A stretch of 64,000 bases of DNA, from assembly GCF_036365525.1 (NCBI RefSeq), contig NC_090391.1, positions 61,152,591 to 61,216,590 on the forward strand, read 5' to 3'. The DNA is from Heterodontus francisci. Taxonomy: Eukaryota. Shown here in pieces: positions 24,894-36,669 of this stretch. Under the pieces are notes generated by a model. That model ran no database searches. It saw only the letters and a list, made by a program, of their open reading frames with translations, and had not been told where the DNA came from. Position numbers and translations under genes: made by a program. Within the stretch, counting starts at the first letter, position 1. Each line of letters starts with the position of its first letter.

Positions 24894-26519
24894 CTGTAAG
24901 GGAAAGAAATAAGTTGAGAATAGAAACGTAACTGAGCAAATATTCTCCATGTCTGACCCCTACAATAAGGGCAGGACCTTCGATCAAAGTAACTGGTGGA
25001 GGGGGGTGTGGGAGTTGAGGTTGGGTCAGGGAATACAATTTTGGAGATCTCAACCCTGTCCGCAACCACCTCCGACAGACTGAGGTCCGGGTTTAACAGA
25101 TTGATGACAGGATATGGACAGAAAATCTCTTGCAGGAAGTTGTTCAGAAAGTTAAACATTTTAATGAGGTTCAAAGTCTCTGATTAATCTGCTTACAGGT
25201 TTATCGCTTGTCGTCCAGTTGTTCCCGGTCGACCACACGTTCCATAACGGAAACACCCAGGATTGACACATCCTGGACACATCCGCCGGGCTCAGACATC
25301 AGGCCGCAGCCCCTGGGTTCAAATACCGCCAAGCCAGGATCAGTGGTTCCTTGGAATAGAGAGCCCTCTGGATTTGGATCAGCCAGCATTACACCCGCAG
25401 AGGATTTGGGACCTCTCCTTGAATTGGAACCCACCGGGATCAGAGTCGCCTCATAGGATTGGAATGCCGTTACAGTATGGGACACCTTTCCCAGGATCAG
25501 TCAAATACGGCGTCCCCCTTCGAGATTGGGAACCCCACAAATTAGGTTGCACCATCATGTGTTTAATCAGACGCTCACGATTCAGAGAACACTCCATGAT
25601 AGGGGACCCCTTCCCTTTTGAGGAGCAGACACTCTTATGATCCTCGCCAGACTCTGACCACACTCAAGAATATGAGGCACCTGGCTCAGACCCATCCCCT
25701 GACACTTACATTCCGAGTAAGTCTAGCTCCAGCATATGAGACAATTCTACTGGGTTAGTAATCCCGACACGCACACTCTACTCTACTATTACGGTAATCG
25801 AACCACAGTCCAGTATGGGAGATCTTTCCCAGGAAGTGGGGAACAACATCCCAGCGGTCAGAGTTGTCCCCACTCTTTTCCCCTGTTGCCATTGGGATTG
25901 GACGTCACCTATATCAGTCAGCCCCTTACCCGGAGTTCATGGTTAGGAACACATTGGTCCTGAGGTCTGCTCAATCAGAAAATGAGCATGCAATTAATCT
26001 GGCATAAGGGCGGGGTAACTGACAGGATAAAACAGGAATTCTGTGAAGTTAAACTGCTGAAACTCCTACGAGTGTTTTCATTCCCAGAACACAGTTGTCG
26101 AGGAAGAGAGGATTTTCACGAATGAAACTAAACGAAACAATTCCAAATAGGGCCCTCAGCAGAATAAGATCGATGGAAACTTGCCGATCAATGGTCTCAA
26201 GTTATCTGTCCAGAAAGATCGCATTCTCTTTGAGTTTAAGGAACAGATTGTTTATTACTGGATCTTGGGCAAGTGAGGAAAGACTGGCAGGTTCAGAAAT
26301 GTAACTGGACTTCTGGATGACATTCCCAGCTCAGAAGCACGTTACGTCTGCTGAGGGCATTCGGGACAGAAGCAATCAGTGGATGACAATCTACTGTCTG
26401 AAGACGGGAGAGAGATCTCTGAGGGGGCGGGGGGTGGGGGGGGGGGTGGGGAACTAAACTGGTATATCATACGCAATACAGAAATATTTAAAACATTTAA
26501 TGAAGCAAATGGTGAGATA

Positions 26520-26930
26520 TCTGATGAAGTAATCTAAAGCAGGAAAAAACATCTTGCTCAGATGCATTGTGACCACACAGTAAAAGAAATACAGGGAAGA
26601 GACAGCAGAGGCACGATTATCTGTTCATTAATAATCAGCAAAAGGGGAATGATGTCAGAGAACTGACAGATAGCTACTGTGTTGCTGGTATTTAAAAAGG
26701 CTGGATAGATCAAATCCATGAAATGTAGAGCAGTTAGCATCACGTTACTGGTAGGAATGTTAATGAAATTCGTATTCATAAAATAATTGAAAAATGACGT
26801 GAAACTCATAATATAATAGAGCAGCCAGCACGTATTCCAAAATAAAGGTCATAATTGAACAATCATATTGAATTATTTGCATAATTATCAGAAAGAGCAG
26901 ATAAAACTAATTCAGTGGATGTAATATGCT
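26520..26930 (+). mobile_element. Very degraded CR1 RT fragment
   Basis: Residual resemblance to the EDW..ANV..FKK..Y.PVSLTS and SQH.F region. Confidence 0.5.
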
Positions 26931-27429
26931 GTGGAATCTGCTTGTGCACAGTGCAACCACTGTGTTTTCCACAGAAAGGCATAGGGGTGAAGAGTAGAAT
27001 TCAAAGTCAATAATTCTCCATTGACGTGTCGCTTAAATTAACGTTTACCGTTATCTGCATAACCTGATAGATAATGTTTAATGAATTTGCTTTCCTCTAA
27101 ATTTTCCTCTAAACAGTGGAGTCGTGGACTCCACTCGAGTCTTGTTCAGACGGCGACCAGCAACACCAATAGCAATGCTCAGCTCCCAATGGAGGAAAAT
27201 GCGTCCCTGGCTAAGAGGCAACATTAATCGGATGGACCAGCAGGGCGGCGAGGGACGGCCTTTCTTCGCCAGGTGGCGGATTGAAAGCCAGGATCCCGAC
27301 ACAGGCCGGAGCGGGTTTCCTAGGTCCGAAACTTCTGGATAGCGACCATGAGCACTGCGTCAGCCTGGAGGGCCTGGAGGGCCTGGAGGACGCTGACATC
27401 GAGGAGGCCATCCTCGCACCACCTTAACC

Positions 27430-29790
27430 CCTCATGCACGCCCACTCCCTGTTGTGCATCAAAGTTAGACTTAAACCAAAGAAGCTACATCACTCCAAGC
27501 AGAAGGGCCGCCCGAGCATCAACAGAATTACTCATCCACTGCTGTTCCCTAAGTTTCTAAATTCACTTGAAAAAGAACTTCAAAACACTGCTGCAGGGGA
27601 TGCAGAGACGAAGTGGGCCCATATCAGAGACACCATCTATGACTCTGCAATGACCACCTTTGGCAAACGTGACATGCTAAATGGAGACTGGTTTCACTCT
27701 CACTTTGAAGAGCTGGAGCATGTCATAGCCAATAAGCGCACAGCACTGTTGAACTACAAGGAAGCCCCCAGCGAGTTAACATCTGTAACACTTAAAGTAG
27801 CCAGAGATGCTGTACAAAGAACAGCCAGGCGCTGTGCAATTGACAACTGGCGGCAGTCGTATTCAGCTGCCTCCGACAGCGGAAACATCAGAGGAATGTA
27901 TGATGGCATTAAGAGAGCTTTTGGGCCAACCATCAAGAAGATCGCCCACCCCTCACCAGCCGCTCCCACCCCCGCCACCCTCAAGTCTAAATCAGGGGAA
28001 ACAATCACTGACCAACGTAAACAAATGGACCGCTGGGTGGAGCACTACCTAGAACTGTACTCCATGGAAAATGTTGTCACTGATACTGCGCTCAATGCAG
28101 CCCAGTCCCTGTCAGTCATGATTGAGCTGGAAGAACAGCCAACACAATCGGAACTCAGAGATGCCATTGATTCTCTAGCAAGTGCAAAACCCCCGGAAAG
28201 AAAGGCATTGCCCCTGAAATAATCAAGAGTGCCAAGCCTACAATGCTCTCAGCACTCCATGACCTGCTTTGTCTGTGCTGGGATGAGGGAGCAGTACCAT
28301 AGGACATTCACGATGCCAATAAGAACAAGGTGGCCGTGATGATTGCAAAAACTACCGTGGAATCTGCCTGCTCAGCATCGTGGGGGAAGTTTTAAACCGA
28401 CTCCAGAAGCTGTCTGAGCATGTCTGAGCACCCTAAGGCACAGTGCGGCTTTCGAGCAGCGAGATCCACCATTGACATGCTGTTCTCCCTTCACCTTCTA
28501 TGTGCAAACTTCCGTGAACAACAGATGCCCATCTACATTGCGTTCATAGACCTTACCAAAGCCTTCGACCTCCTCAGAAGACATGGTCTCTTCAGGCTAC
28601 TAGCAAAGATCAGATGTCGACCAAAGCAACCATGACAATATCCTCATTCCACATCATTCCATGACAATATGAAAGGCACAGTTCAGCATAGTGGTGCCTC
28701 ATCAGACCCTTTTCCTATCCTGAGTGGTGTAAAACAGAGCTGTGTTCTCGCAACTACACTGTTTGGGAGCTTCTTCTCACTGCTGGTCTCACGTGTGTTG
28801 AAGTCTTCGGAAGAAGGAACTTTCCTCCACATAAGATCAGATGGCAGGTTGTTCAACCTTGCCCGTCTTAGAGCGAAGACCAAAGTATGGAAAGTCCTCA
28901 TCAGGGAACTCCTCTTTGCTGACAATGCTGCATGAACATCCCACACAGAATAGTTTCTGCAGAGACTCATCGACAGGTTGCAGCTTCCTGCAACGAATTC
29001 GGCCTAACCATCAACCTCAAGAAAACAAATATCATTGGACAGATTGTCCAAAATGCTCCATCAATCAATATTGGCGACCACGCTGTGGAGGTGGTTCAAG
29101 AGTTCACCTACCTAGGCTCAACTATCGCCAGTAAGCTATCTCTCGAAGCCGATATCAACAAGCACATGGGAAAGGTATCCACTGCGATGTCCAGACTGGC
29201 CAAGAGGGTGTGGGAAAATGGCGCACTGACACAGAACACTGAAGTCCGAGTGTTTGAAGCCTGTGTCGTCAGGACCTTGCTCGAAGGCAGCGAGGCCTGG
29301 AAAACCTATGTCAGCCAGGAGCGGTGTCTCAACTCATTCCACCTTCGCTATCTGGGGAGAATCCTTGGCATCAGATAGCAGGACTGTATCTCCAACGCAA
29401 AAGTCCTCGAGGCGGCCAACATCCCCAGCATATAAACCCTACTGAGCCAGCAGCACTTGCGATGGCTGGGCCATGTGAGCCGCATGGTAGATGACAGGAT
29501 CCCCAAGGACGCACTCGTCACTGCTATTAGACCCACCGGCCGTCCATGTCTCTGCTTTAAAGACCTCTGCAAACTCGACATGATGTCCTGTGACATTGAC
29601 CACAAGTCGTGGCAGGCAGGTGCCAGTGATCGCCAGAGCTGCTGGACAGCCATAAAAGCGGGGTTAAAGAGATGCAAGTCAAAGAGAATTAGCAGTAGGC
29701 AGGAACAAAAATGCAGAAGTGCAAGGTGAAAGCCAACTGTGTAACAGCTCCGGCAACCAGCCCCTGTGGAAGACTCTGTCACTCTGGAAT
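27430..29790 (+). mobile_element. Older RTE LINE (fragmented ORF) in the GPCR intron, antisense to the gene
   Basis: QCGFR..RSTIDM, AFIDLTKAFD, GVKQ.CVLA, LLFAD, FTYLGS, RWLGHVSRM; similar to 10179-11067. Confidence 0.92.
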
Positions 29791-29999
29791 TGACCTCTAG
29801 ACGCTTACTCATTTGAGTCATTTGAGTCATTTGGGCCAAAGTAAATACTGTAATTTTCCCACGTCCCTCGATAAGGGAGCTTATCGCAGATTCATACTCA
29901 ATGTTGCAGCTACCGGAGTGAATGCACAAGCAGCAAAATGGGCAGCAAGCTAGCAAATAAAAAAATTAAGCTCGGGGATCGGGGTTAACAATATTTCCT

Positions 30000-30540
30000 C
30001 AGATTAACGGCAGGTGGAAAGTGGTGTTGCACATGGATCAGCAATAGGAAAGCTATTTTCACCATTTATATCATCGATATGGGCAAGGAAATAAAAAGCA
30101 GAATTTCCAAATATGCAGCCAAATCCAATTGAGAGGACAGAGGTACAGACGAAGGGCGCAACAATATACCTGATTACATTAATCATAATTAATAAAGTTG
30201 TGCAATGGTATTTAAATGGAAAAATAAGTTCAGTGTGAGCTGTTGAATTTTGTTCGGACGAATACGCGTCCAAAATACTCCTTGGAAAATAACAGTCTGA
30301 CTAGATGGAAGGGAAAAGAGATTCAATTGTGCAGATTCACAAATCATTTAACCAAGCAAAACTCGGCACAGGACCATAAAGATGCAAATAATGGACTGGA
30401 GTTCATTTCTAGAGGAATGGAATTCTTAAATACCAAAGAGCTGATCTGAAACTAATATAGAAACTTATTATTACAAAGCGCAGAGTACTGAGTACAGTCC
30501 TGCTCACCATGTTGCAAAAAGGGATATCGATAAATTAAAC
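30000..30540 (+). mobile_element. Degraded CR1 RT fragment
   Basis: Decayed SGVPQGS.LG and ISKFADD region. Confidence 0.55.
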
Positions 30541-30593
30541 ACAGTTCAATTATTTTAACCATTGATAAAAGCAATGACAGAAGTGCACTACTT

Positions 30594-31110
30594 GGGCTGG
30601 ATTTAAGAGTCTGATGGCGACTTCTGTGGGATATTCAAAAACTGGGGGGCAGCAATCTCCCGTGTGCTGGCTTATTTAAATAGCTGTGGAGGCCCGCCCC
30701 GAATCACATTGAGGGGGCGGACTTTCTGGCACCGAACTGGCATCAGCTGCTTGTGTGCAGACGCTGGCAGCATTTTAAAGGGAAGCCTGCCCTGCCGTCT
30801 TATTTTAATTTTTAAAGATACACCCCACACTCAACAGAAAAATTCTCAAATACATTTCAAACGCCCTTTCGCACACCCCAACAACAATTAGGTTAAATTT
30901 TTGCTCTTTCCCCAAAGCATTTGCCTTTTACATGTGACCTCCAACCCCTCCTCACACCACAACCCCTCACTCCAAGACAGCACAAAGTAAAAATTTCACC
31001 TCTTCCCACCATCTCCCATGCACATTACAGTTACTTGACCCTTCTCTCCGCACTGAATATCTTAACCGTTCCCCCCTCCAGACAAGTGTCACGCCGGCTT
31101 TCCCTGGATG
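30594..31110. mobile_element. Possible non-autonomous DNA transposon (MITE-like) fragment
   Basis: Begins GGGCTGGATTT; GC-rich with the inverted pair CCCGCCCC...GGGGGCGG. No second TIR was found. Confidence 0.3.
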
Positions 31111-31129
31111 GAGTACTAAATGTGTAGGA

Positions 31130-32760
31130 GTGTCAGCCACAACACCAAAGATCGTGACTTCCAAAAGGCATTTGACAAAGTGTCACTCAACAGACCTTTG
31201 AGCAAAGCTCTCGCCCATGGACTAAAGAGGAGAGTAGCAACATGGAGACAGTATTGCCTGAGCGACAGGAAATAGAGAATATGATGTTGCCTAGTCTGGA
31301 GGGCTTGAGTGAAAAAGAGAGATTGGAGAGGCTGGGTCTGTTTTCCCTGGAGCGAAGGAGACTGATAGGGGACATGATAGAGGTATATAAAATTATGAAA
31401 GGCATAGCTAGGGTAGATAGCCAGTGTCTGTTTCCCATGGTAGAGGCGAATAAAACTAATGGGCATAGATTTAAGTTGAGAGGGAGGAGGTTTAAAGGGG
31501 TTTAAAGGGGTAAATTTTTCACACAAAGAATAATGGGTATCTGTAATGATCTGCTGAGGATGTGGTGGAGGTAGGGACAGTAGCGACATTTAAGAGGCAT
31601 CTGGACAGCTACTTGAATGAGCAAGGCATAGAGGGATATTGAATTAATGCAGGCAGGTGGGATTAGCATAGATAGTCATTATGTTTGCCATGGATGCAGT
31701 GGGCTGAAGGGCCTGTTTCTATGCTGTACGACTCTATGACCCTATAATAGTGGTTATTGCAAGTTTTTTTTTAAAGGTTAGAGGTTGGTTTCATAATGAA
31801 GTTCCCTGTGGGTCGACTTTAGGCACTTGCACTTCATCATACATATTAGTGCTCTAGACCTTGTTGTACAGGCATCATCTCAAAATTTGACAATAATACC
31901 ATATTTGGAAACACGATTAACTGTGATGAGGCAAGGATAGACCTCCAAAAGCACCTAGACAGGCTGACGGAATTGGCGAACAATTGGCAGATACAATTTA
32001 ATGCAGAGAAGTATGAAGTGAATCATTTTGCTAGGACGAAAGCAGAAACTCAATATAAATTAAAGGGCACAATGGTAAACATGATCCAGGAGCAGGGCGA
32101 CCTGCTGAGTGTATAAGTGCATTATTCATTGAAAGTGGTCGGACTGATTTCGACAACGATTACTAAAGCATACAGTGTCCTAGGCTCTCTTCTTAGAGAC
32201 AGAGAGTACAAAAGCAAGGAAGATATATTAAACTTGAATAGAACATTGGTTCGGCCTCAACTTGAGTACTGCTCCTGGTCTGTGGCCCCAAACATTATGA
32301 AAGTTTTGACGACATTAGAGAACATGCAGCAAAAGTTCTCGAGAAGGGTCCCAGAGATGATGAACTTCAGTTACTGTTAACCGGGGATTTGATAGAGGTA
32401 TTCAAAATCATTGGAGGTGTGGACACAGGAGATACAGATAATCTTTTCTCATTGGTGGAGGGATGGATGTCAAGAGACTACAGATTTAAGATAATTGCAA
32501 AAGGAAGCAATGACGACATTAGGAAACGTTTTTTTTATGCGGTTAGTTGTTTGGGATCTTGAATGGACGGCTTGACAGTGTTGTGGAGGTAGGGTCAACT
32601 GAGGCATGCAAGAAGAAATTGGATTGTTAAAGGCAAAACAGAAGTATGTTCGGGGCTACGAAGGTAATGCAATGGAATGCCAGGAGATACATTGCTCCTT
32701 TAGGGCACAACATAGGCACGATCGGCTGAACGGTCTCGTTATGTGTTGTAACAATGCTGT
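31130..32760 (+). mobile_element. Cluster of degraded CR1 fragments
   Basis: DFQKAFDKV; ORFs 31242-31505 and 32117-32380 (VRPQLEYC); (GACTCTAT)n tail at about 31730. Confidence 0.75.
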
Positions 32761-33083
32761 AATCCTGTTTATTTTTGTTAAAGAAAGCTCATGCTGCAAA
32801 AGATTTGAATACTTAAGAGTGCTGTCCTGCTGTTTAGCTGACAGTAAATTGTAAATATCCGTTTCTGCTTTGGCATTTCATTTGGACACGGAACGACATC
32901 AATGCATTTCAATTTAAACATTTATTACCAAGCATCAGCAAAAAACTTTGCAATCTGTCGCATTCTTAAAACACATGAGGCAGCTTCACGGAACGGAGAA
33001 AGCAGTCACTTGAAACAATGGTTTCAAATAGAAGCACATTCAATAATTGTAATCAGTAACAAAAAGAATTCAGCAGTAATATA

Positions 33084-33436
33084 TAGATTAGATTAGAGAT
33101 ACAGCACTGAAACAGGCCCTTCAGCCCACCGAGTCTGTGCCGACCATCAACCACCCATTTATACTAATCCTACACCAATCCCATATTCCTACCAAACATC
33201 CCCACCTGTCCCTATATTTCCCTACCACCTACCTATACTAGTGACAATTTATAATGGCCAATTTACCTATCAACCTGCAAGTCTTTTGGCTTGTGGGAGG
33301 AAACCGGAGCACCCGGAGAAAACCCACGCAGACACAGAGAGAACTTGCAAACTCCACACAGGCAGTCCCCAGAATCGAACCCGGGTCCCTGGAGCTGTGA
33401 GGCTGTAGTGCTAACCACTGCGCCACTGTGCCGCCC
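33084..33436 (-). mobile_element. Full-length HE1-like V-SINE
   Basis: GGGCGGCACAGTGGCGCAGTGG (A box), GGTTCGATTC (B box), V-domain GTGTGGAGTTTGCAAGTTCTC...GGTTTCCTCCCAC, CR1-type stem-loop and (AATCT)n tail. Confidence 0.92.
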
Positions 33437-33454
33437 AATACATTCTTAGTAATA

Positions 33455-33700
33455 CATGGCACTGGGAATAGGTATTCCACTCCCGTTAGTGACCCACGCT
33501 CAATAAAATTCTACTGTGACAGTATTCACAGTAATACAAGGCAAATGGGGACAGCTGTTCCATTCCAGTTAGTAACCCATACTCAGTACAATTCTACAGT
33601 GATAGATTCACCTAGTAATACATAGTTCTGGGGTCACGTATTCCATTCCAGTCAGTGACCTATTCTCAACCCAATTCTACAGTGAGTGATACTCCCACTC
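33455..33700. repeat. Degenerate 83-bp tandem repeat, about 3 units
   Basis: TTCCA(C/T)TCC(C/A)GT(T/C)AGT(G/A)ACC at about 33475, 33558 and 33641, each followed by AATTCTAC(A/T)GTGA. Confidence 0.75.
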
Positions 33701-34002
33701 ATGCCTTCACTCAGAGACTTACATTCGCTGCGTTTCAATGCAGCAGTGCACAATCTTTCACAAATTGTATTAACTTCACAAGTCATACATCTGATTAGTT
33801 ACTAACAGAGGTTTATTATCAGCGAAGTCAATAGAATAAAAACGCAGCAAGAATTCAAAATATTTGACATAAGGAAATGACATTTTTTATCGCGTGTCTG
33901 TATAGTTGTGCCCACCAGATCACCGTGCATTATTATCAGTCACAGCGTAACACCAGGATCCATCTCCCACACAGATATACACATCAGGTTATAGTCACTT
34001 AC

Positions 34003-34069
34003 CAGGAACACCAATGACGGCAAGGGTCATGTCATATATTTTCACGATACTGTCAACTGGTTGGTGCAT
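34003..34069 (-). CDS. Exon 1 of the GPR139-like GPCR (MHQPVDSIVKIYDMTLAVIGVP, phase 1)
   Basis: ATG with A at -3; 67 nt ending CCTG|GTAAGT. Splicing to 24893 restores GVPVN in TM1; total 978 nt = 325 aa plus stop. Confidence 0.9.
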
Positions 34070-34156
34070 TCTCTGTGTGAAGTGATATGTGCCTTCACGC
34101 TGTTCAATATGTCACTGTATTAAACTCTCCGAGGCAATACCTTCTCAGAGTCTTTA

Positions 34157-34163
34157 ATTTATA
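34157..34163 (-). promoter_or_regulatory. Candidate TATA box of the GPCR gene
   Basis: TATAAAT about 90 nt upstream of the exon 1 ATG. Confidence 0.6.
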
Positions 34164-34584
34164 CCCTCTGGGATATTCCTGGAAACATTGTGGTTGCAAC
34201 ATCTTTCAAACTTTTTTTAATTTGAGCTAATAGATTACGACATCAAGTTCGATCCATGTCATCATAGAATATATTTGGTTCTGGGATAGACATAGGAAAC
34301 GCCAAAGACTGGACAATGTTCGTTACATTAAATGATCAGGAAAAAATATCAGCAGTCTCCCAGCAATCTGGTCGTTGTTTAAACATGATCAATGCCATCT
34401 CTAGACTATATATTATTTGAGTGTTGGTCTTCACTCAACTATGACCTTTCAATAATAAAATTCCAAATGTTTAGATGTCTCTGTCTTCGGGTTAATCTGT
34501 TGCACTGTGTGATGTGGCTGCTCTATTTAACGGTGAGCAGGCAGTTACATGACCTAAATAGGTTATTTGTGACTATGAAGTGCA

Positions 34585-35002
34585 GGATTCAACTAAAACA
34601 GCATCAGCAACTAATTCAACACCGCAGACTGATATACATTGTTATGGAATGCAGAACCTCAAACTACTACAATGCTTGAAACCAACAGAATAACTCTATT
34701 AATACAGACCCGCCAGCCGATGCAGCCTGGGAGCCCCAACATATACTATTTCTCCAACCGATTCTCACTCTCAAAACGATAAAAGCCAACTGATATTGAT
34801 CCTCCAAATCCTACCAACTCCCCACCAGAAGCAACACTTCCATCAGAATCATTCCCTCCAACTAATACACACATTCAAGCTGAGGCAGACACTTCAAGTG
34901 AAACGGCATCTTAATATAACATAACAACTCAACATTATAGTTTGTCTGAAACTAATGCAGTCCTCAAACTAAAACCTCATCTGAAATTAATACAATTAAA
35001 CC
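34585..35002 (+). repeat. Decayed 18-bp-period repeat (CAAACTAATACA-like), resuming at 36404-36535
   Basis: Recurring (C/G)AAACTAA(T/C)(A/G)CA-like words; reads as Pro/Thr/Asn/Ser-rich hexapeptides with stops and frameshifts. Confidence 0.5.
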
Positions 35003-35827
35003 TGTTCTGACTACAGCGGGAGCACTGCACTGTTAAGTCAATCTCATCGCTCCAAAGGTCACAGCAACTTGCTTTAAGCTTTCTGAATCAAATAGGCAGC
35101 AAAATTGAACACTCTGGTATCCCCCCGAATGAAGCAGACCGAACCAGGTATCTTTGGGCAATAACAAATTAAGTATTTATTTAAGTAAACTAAAATCTTA
35201 AACGCCACTAAGATAACCATTTGTCTAAAGACCTCACACCTATCTATTTAAAAATCTAACCTCCACATTCGCATATACATATTCAAACTAACAATCATTC
35301 AATTTTTACATAGCTGATCGTTGAGCATAAGATAAAAACGAATGTCTTTATAAGTTATGTTCCTGATGAACGGCGTCTTCCAATGCAAAAACAGTCAACG
35401 TTTGCTTGATGGGTTCACAGTGGTATAATGCAAAATAAAACCCTTCAAAGAGAGGAATTCAACAGTTCAGCTGTTGTAGCATTAAATTTCCCTTCAGTGA
35501 TGTACACAGAAAATACTGATAATTTGTTAATAAAGAAAGTCTTTCCTTATTTTCTTAGGGAATTAATTTGGCTTACAGCTTTATGGAATAATGAGAGAAG
35601 AATAACACAACTTCTTCAGTTCAAATCGCCTCAGAACTCTCTTTGCTGAAAATGCAAAATTGAATCACGTGACCTTCCTCTCCCGCTGCTTCGTTTTGGC
35701 AACGACAATGCAACTGGCAGTCTGAGTCTCCAGAACTTTCTGTCTTAAAGGTGCAATGATCTTCATACAGTCTTAAAGGCATATACAATATTTCTGAGGA
35801 GAAAAAGAAATAAACAAGACCGTGGCA
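35003..35827. mobile_element. Possible solo LTR
   Basis: TG...CA ends, CACGTG box, AATAAA near the right end; interrupts the 18-bp repeat. No clean TSD. Confidence 0.3.
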
Positions 35828-35829
35828 AT

Positions 35830-36403
35830 AAAGCTTCTCTCACTGAAGCAACAACTGGAGTATTGCTTCCAGTTCTGGATACCACACTTCAGGATGAAAG
35901 TGAGGGACCTTAAGGGCGTCCGGAGGAGATTTCCCCGACTTGTTCCAGGGATGGATTATTTTGTTACAGCATACAAATTTGGATAGGTCCTCATTGGAAC
36001 AAAGGAGATCGATGCGTGATTTAATGGAATAATACAAGATTTCAATTGGCTAAGATAAGTTAAACAAGGAGAACCTGTTTCCCTTAACTAATGGTGTAAG
36101 GAACTGGGCCAAAGATTGAACGCGTTGGGCAAGAGATGCAGGGGGAATTTGAGGAAGCATTTTTTCTTATGCAGCCGGTGGTAATGACGTGGGTTTTGCT
36201 GCCCACAAGAATGGTGGAAGCGGATACAATTAATGCCTTAAAGAGAAAGTTGGGTGATCACTTCAGAAAAAGATATTGCAGCAGTACAGTGATCGAGTGG
36301 GGGTGTGAGACTGAATGAATAGCTCCATGGAGAGCCGGCATGGAATCGATGGGCCGCATGGTCTCAGTCTGCGCTGTAAAAAGACTCCATGACTCCATGA
36401 CTT
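35830..36403 (+). mobile_element. Degraded CR1 3' fragment
   Basis: QLEYC.QFW.PH region and (GACTCCAT)n tail. Confidence 0.7.
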
Positions 36404-36669
36404 TATAACTAATACAGACGTTGAAACAAATATACTACTTCCATTTAATGCAGTATCTCAAGCAAGCACCTCAAACTAACACAAAACCTAAAAGTAATAC
36501 TGCTGCTCAAACTAATACAGTACACAAACTCGTGCAGCTGGAAATTGTAGAATCAATGCACTTTACGGCACATAAGTAGGCCATTCGCCCTATTTCATCT
36601 GTGCCAACCAACAAAGGGTAACTTAATCTTATCGTACTTCCCAGTACTTAATCTGTCCTCTGACAGTTT

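Noticed and set aside
24894-25065. N-terminal ~57 aa of the 360-aa ORF as part of the GPCR
   Set aside because: It is intron read-through from a non-ATG start. A proper acceptor at 24894 and exon 1 at 34069-34003 restore the canonical TM1.
26170-26280. KDRILFEFKEQIVYYWILG as a relic first exon of another GPCR
   Set aside because: The resemblance is vague: no in-frame ATG, no GT donor, and no matching plus-strand exon 2.
33350-33436. A/B-box regions as tRNA genes (also 11410-11498, 40279, 61074)
   Set aside because: They are SINE heads followed by SINE bodies and LINE-derived tails, with no complete cloverleaf.
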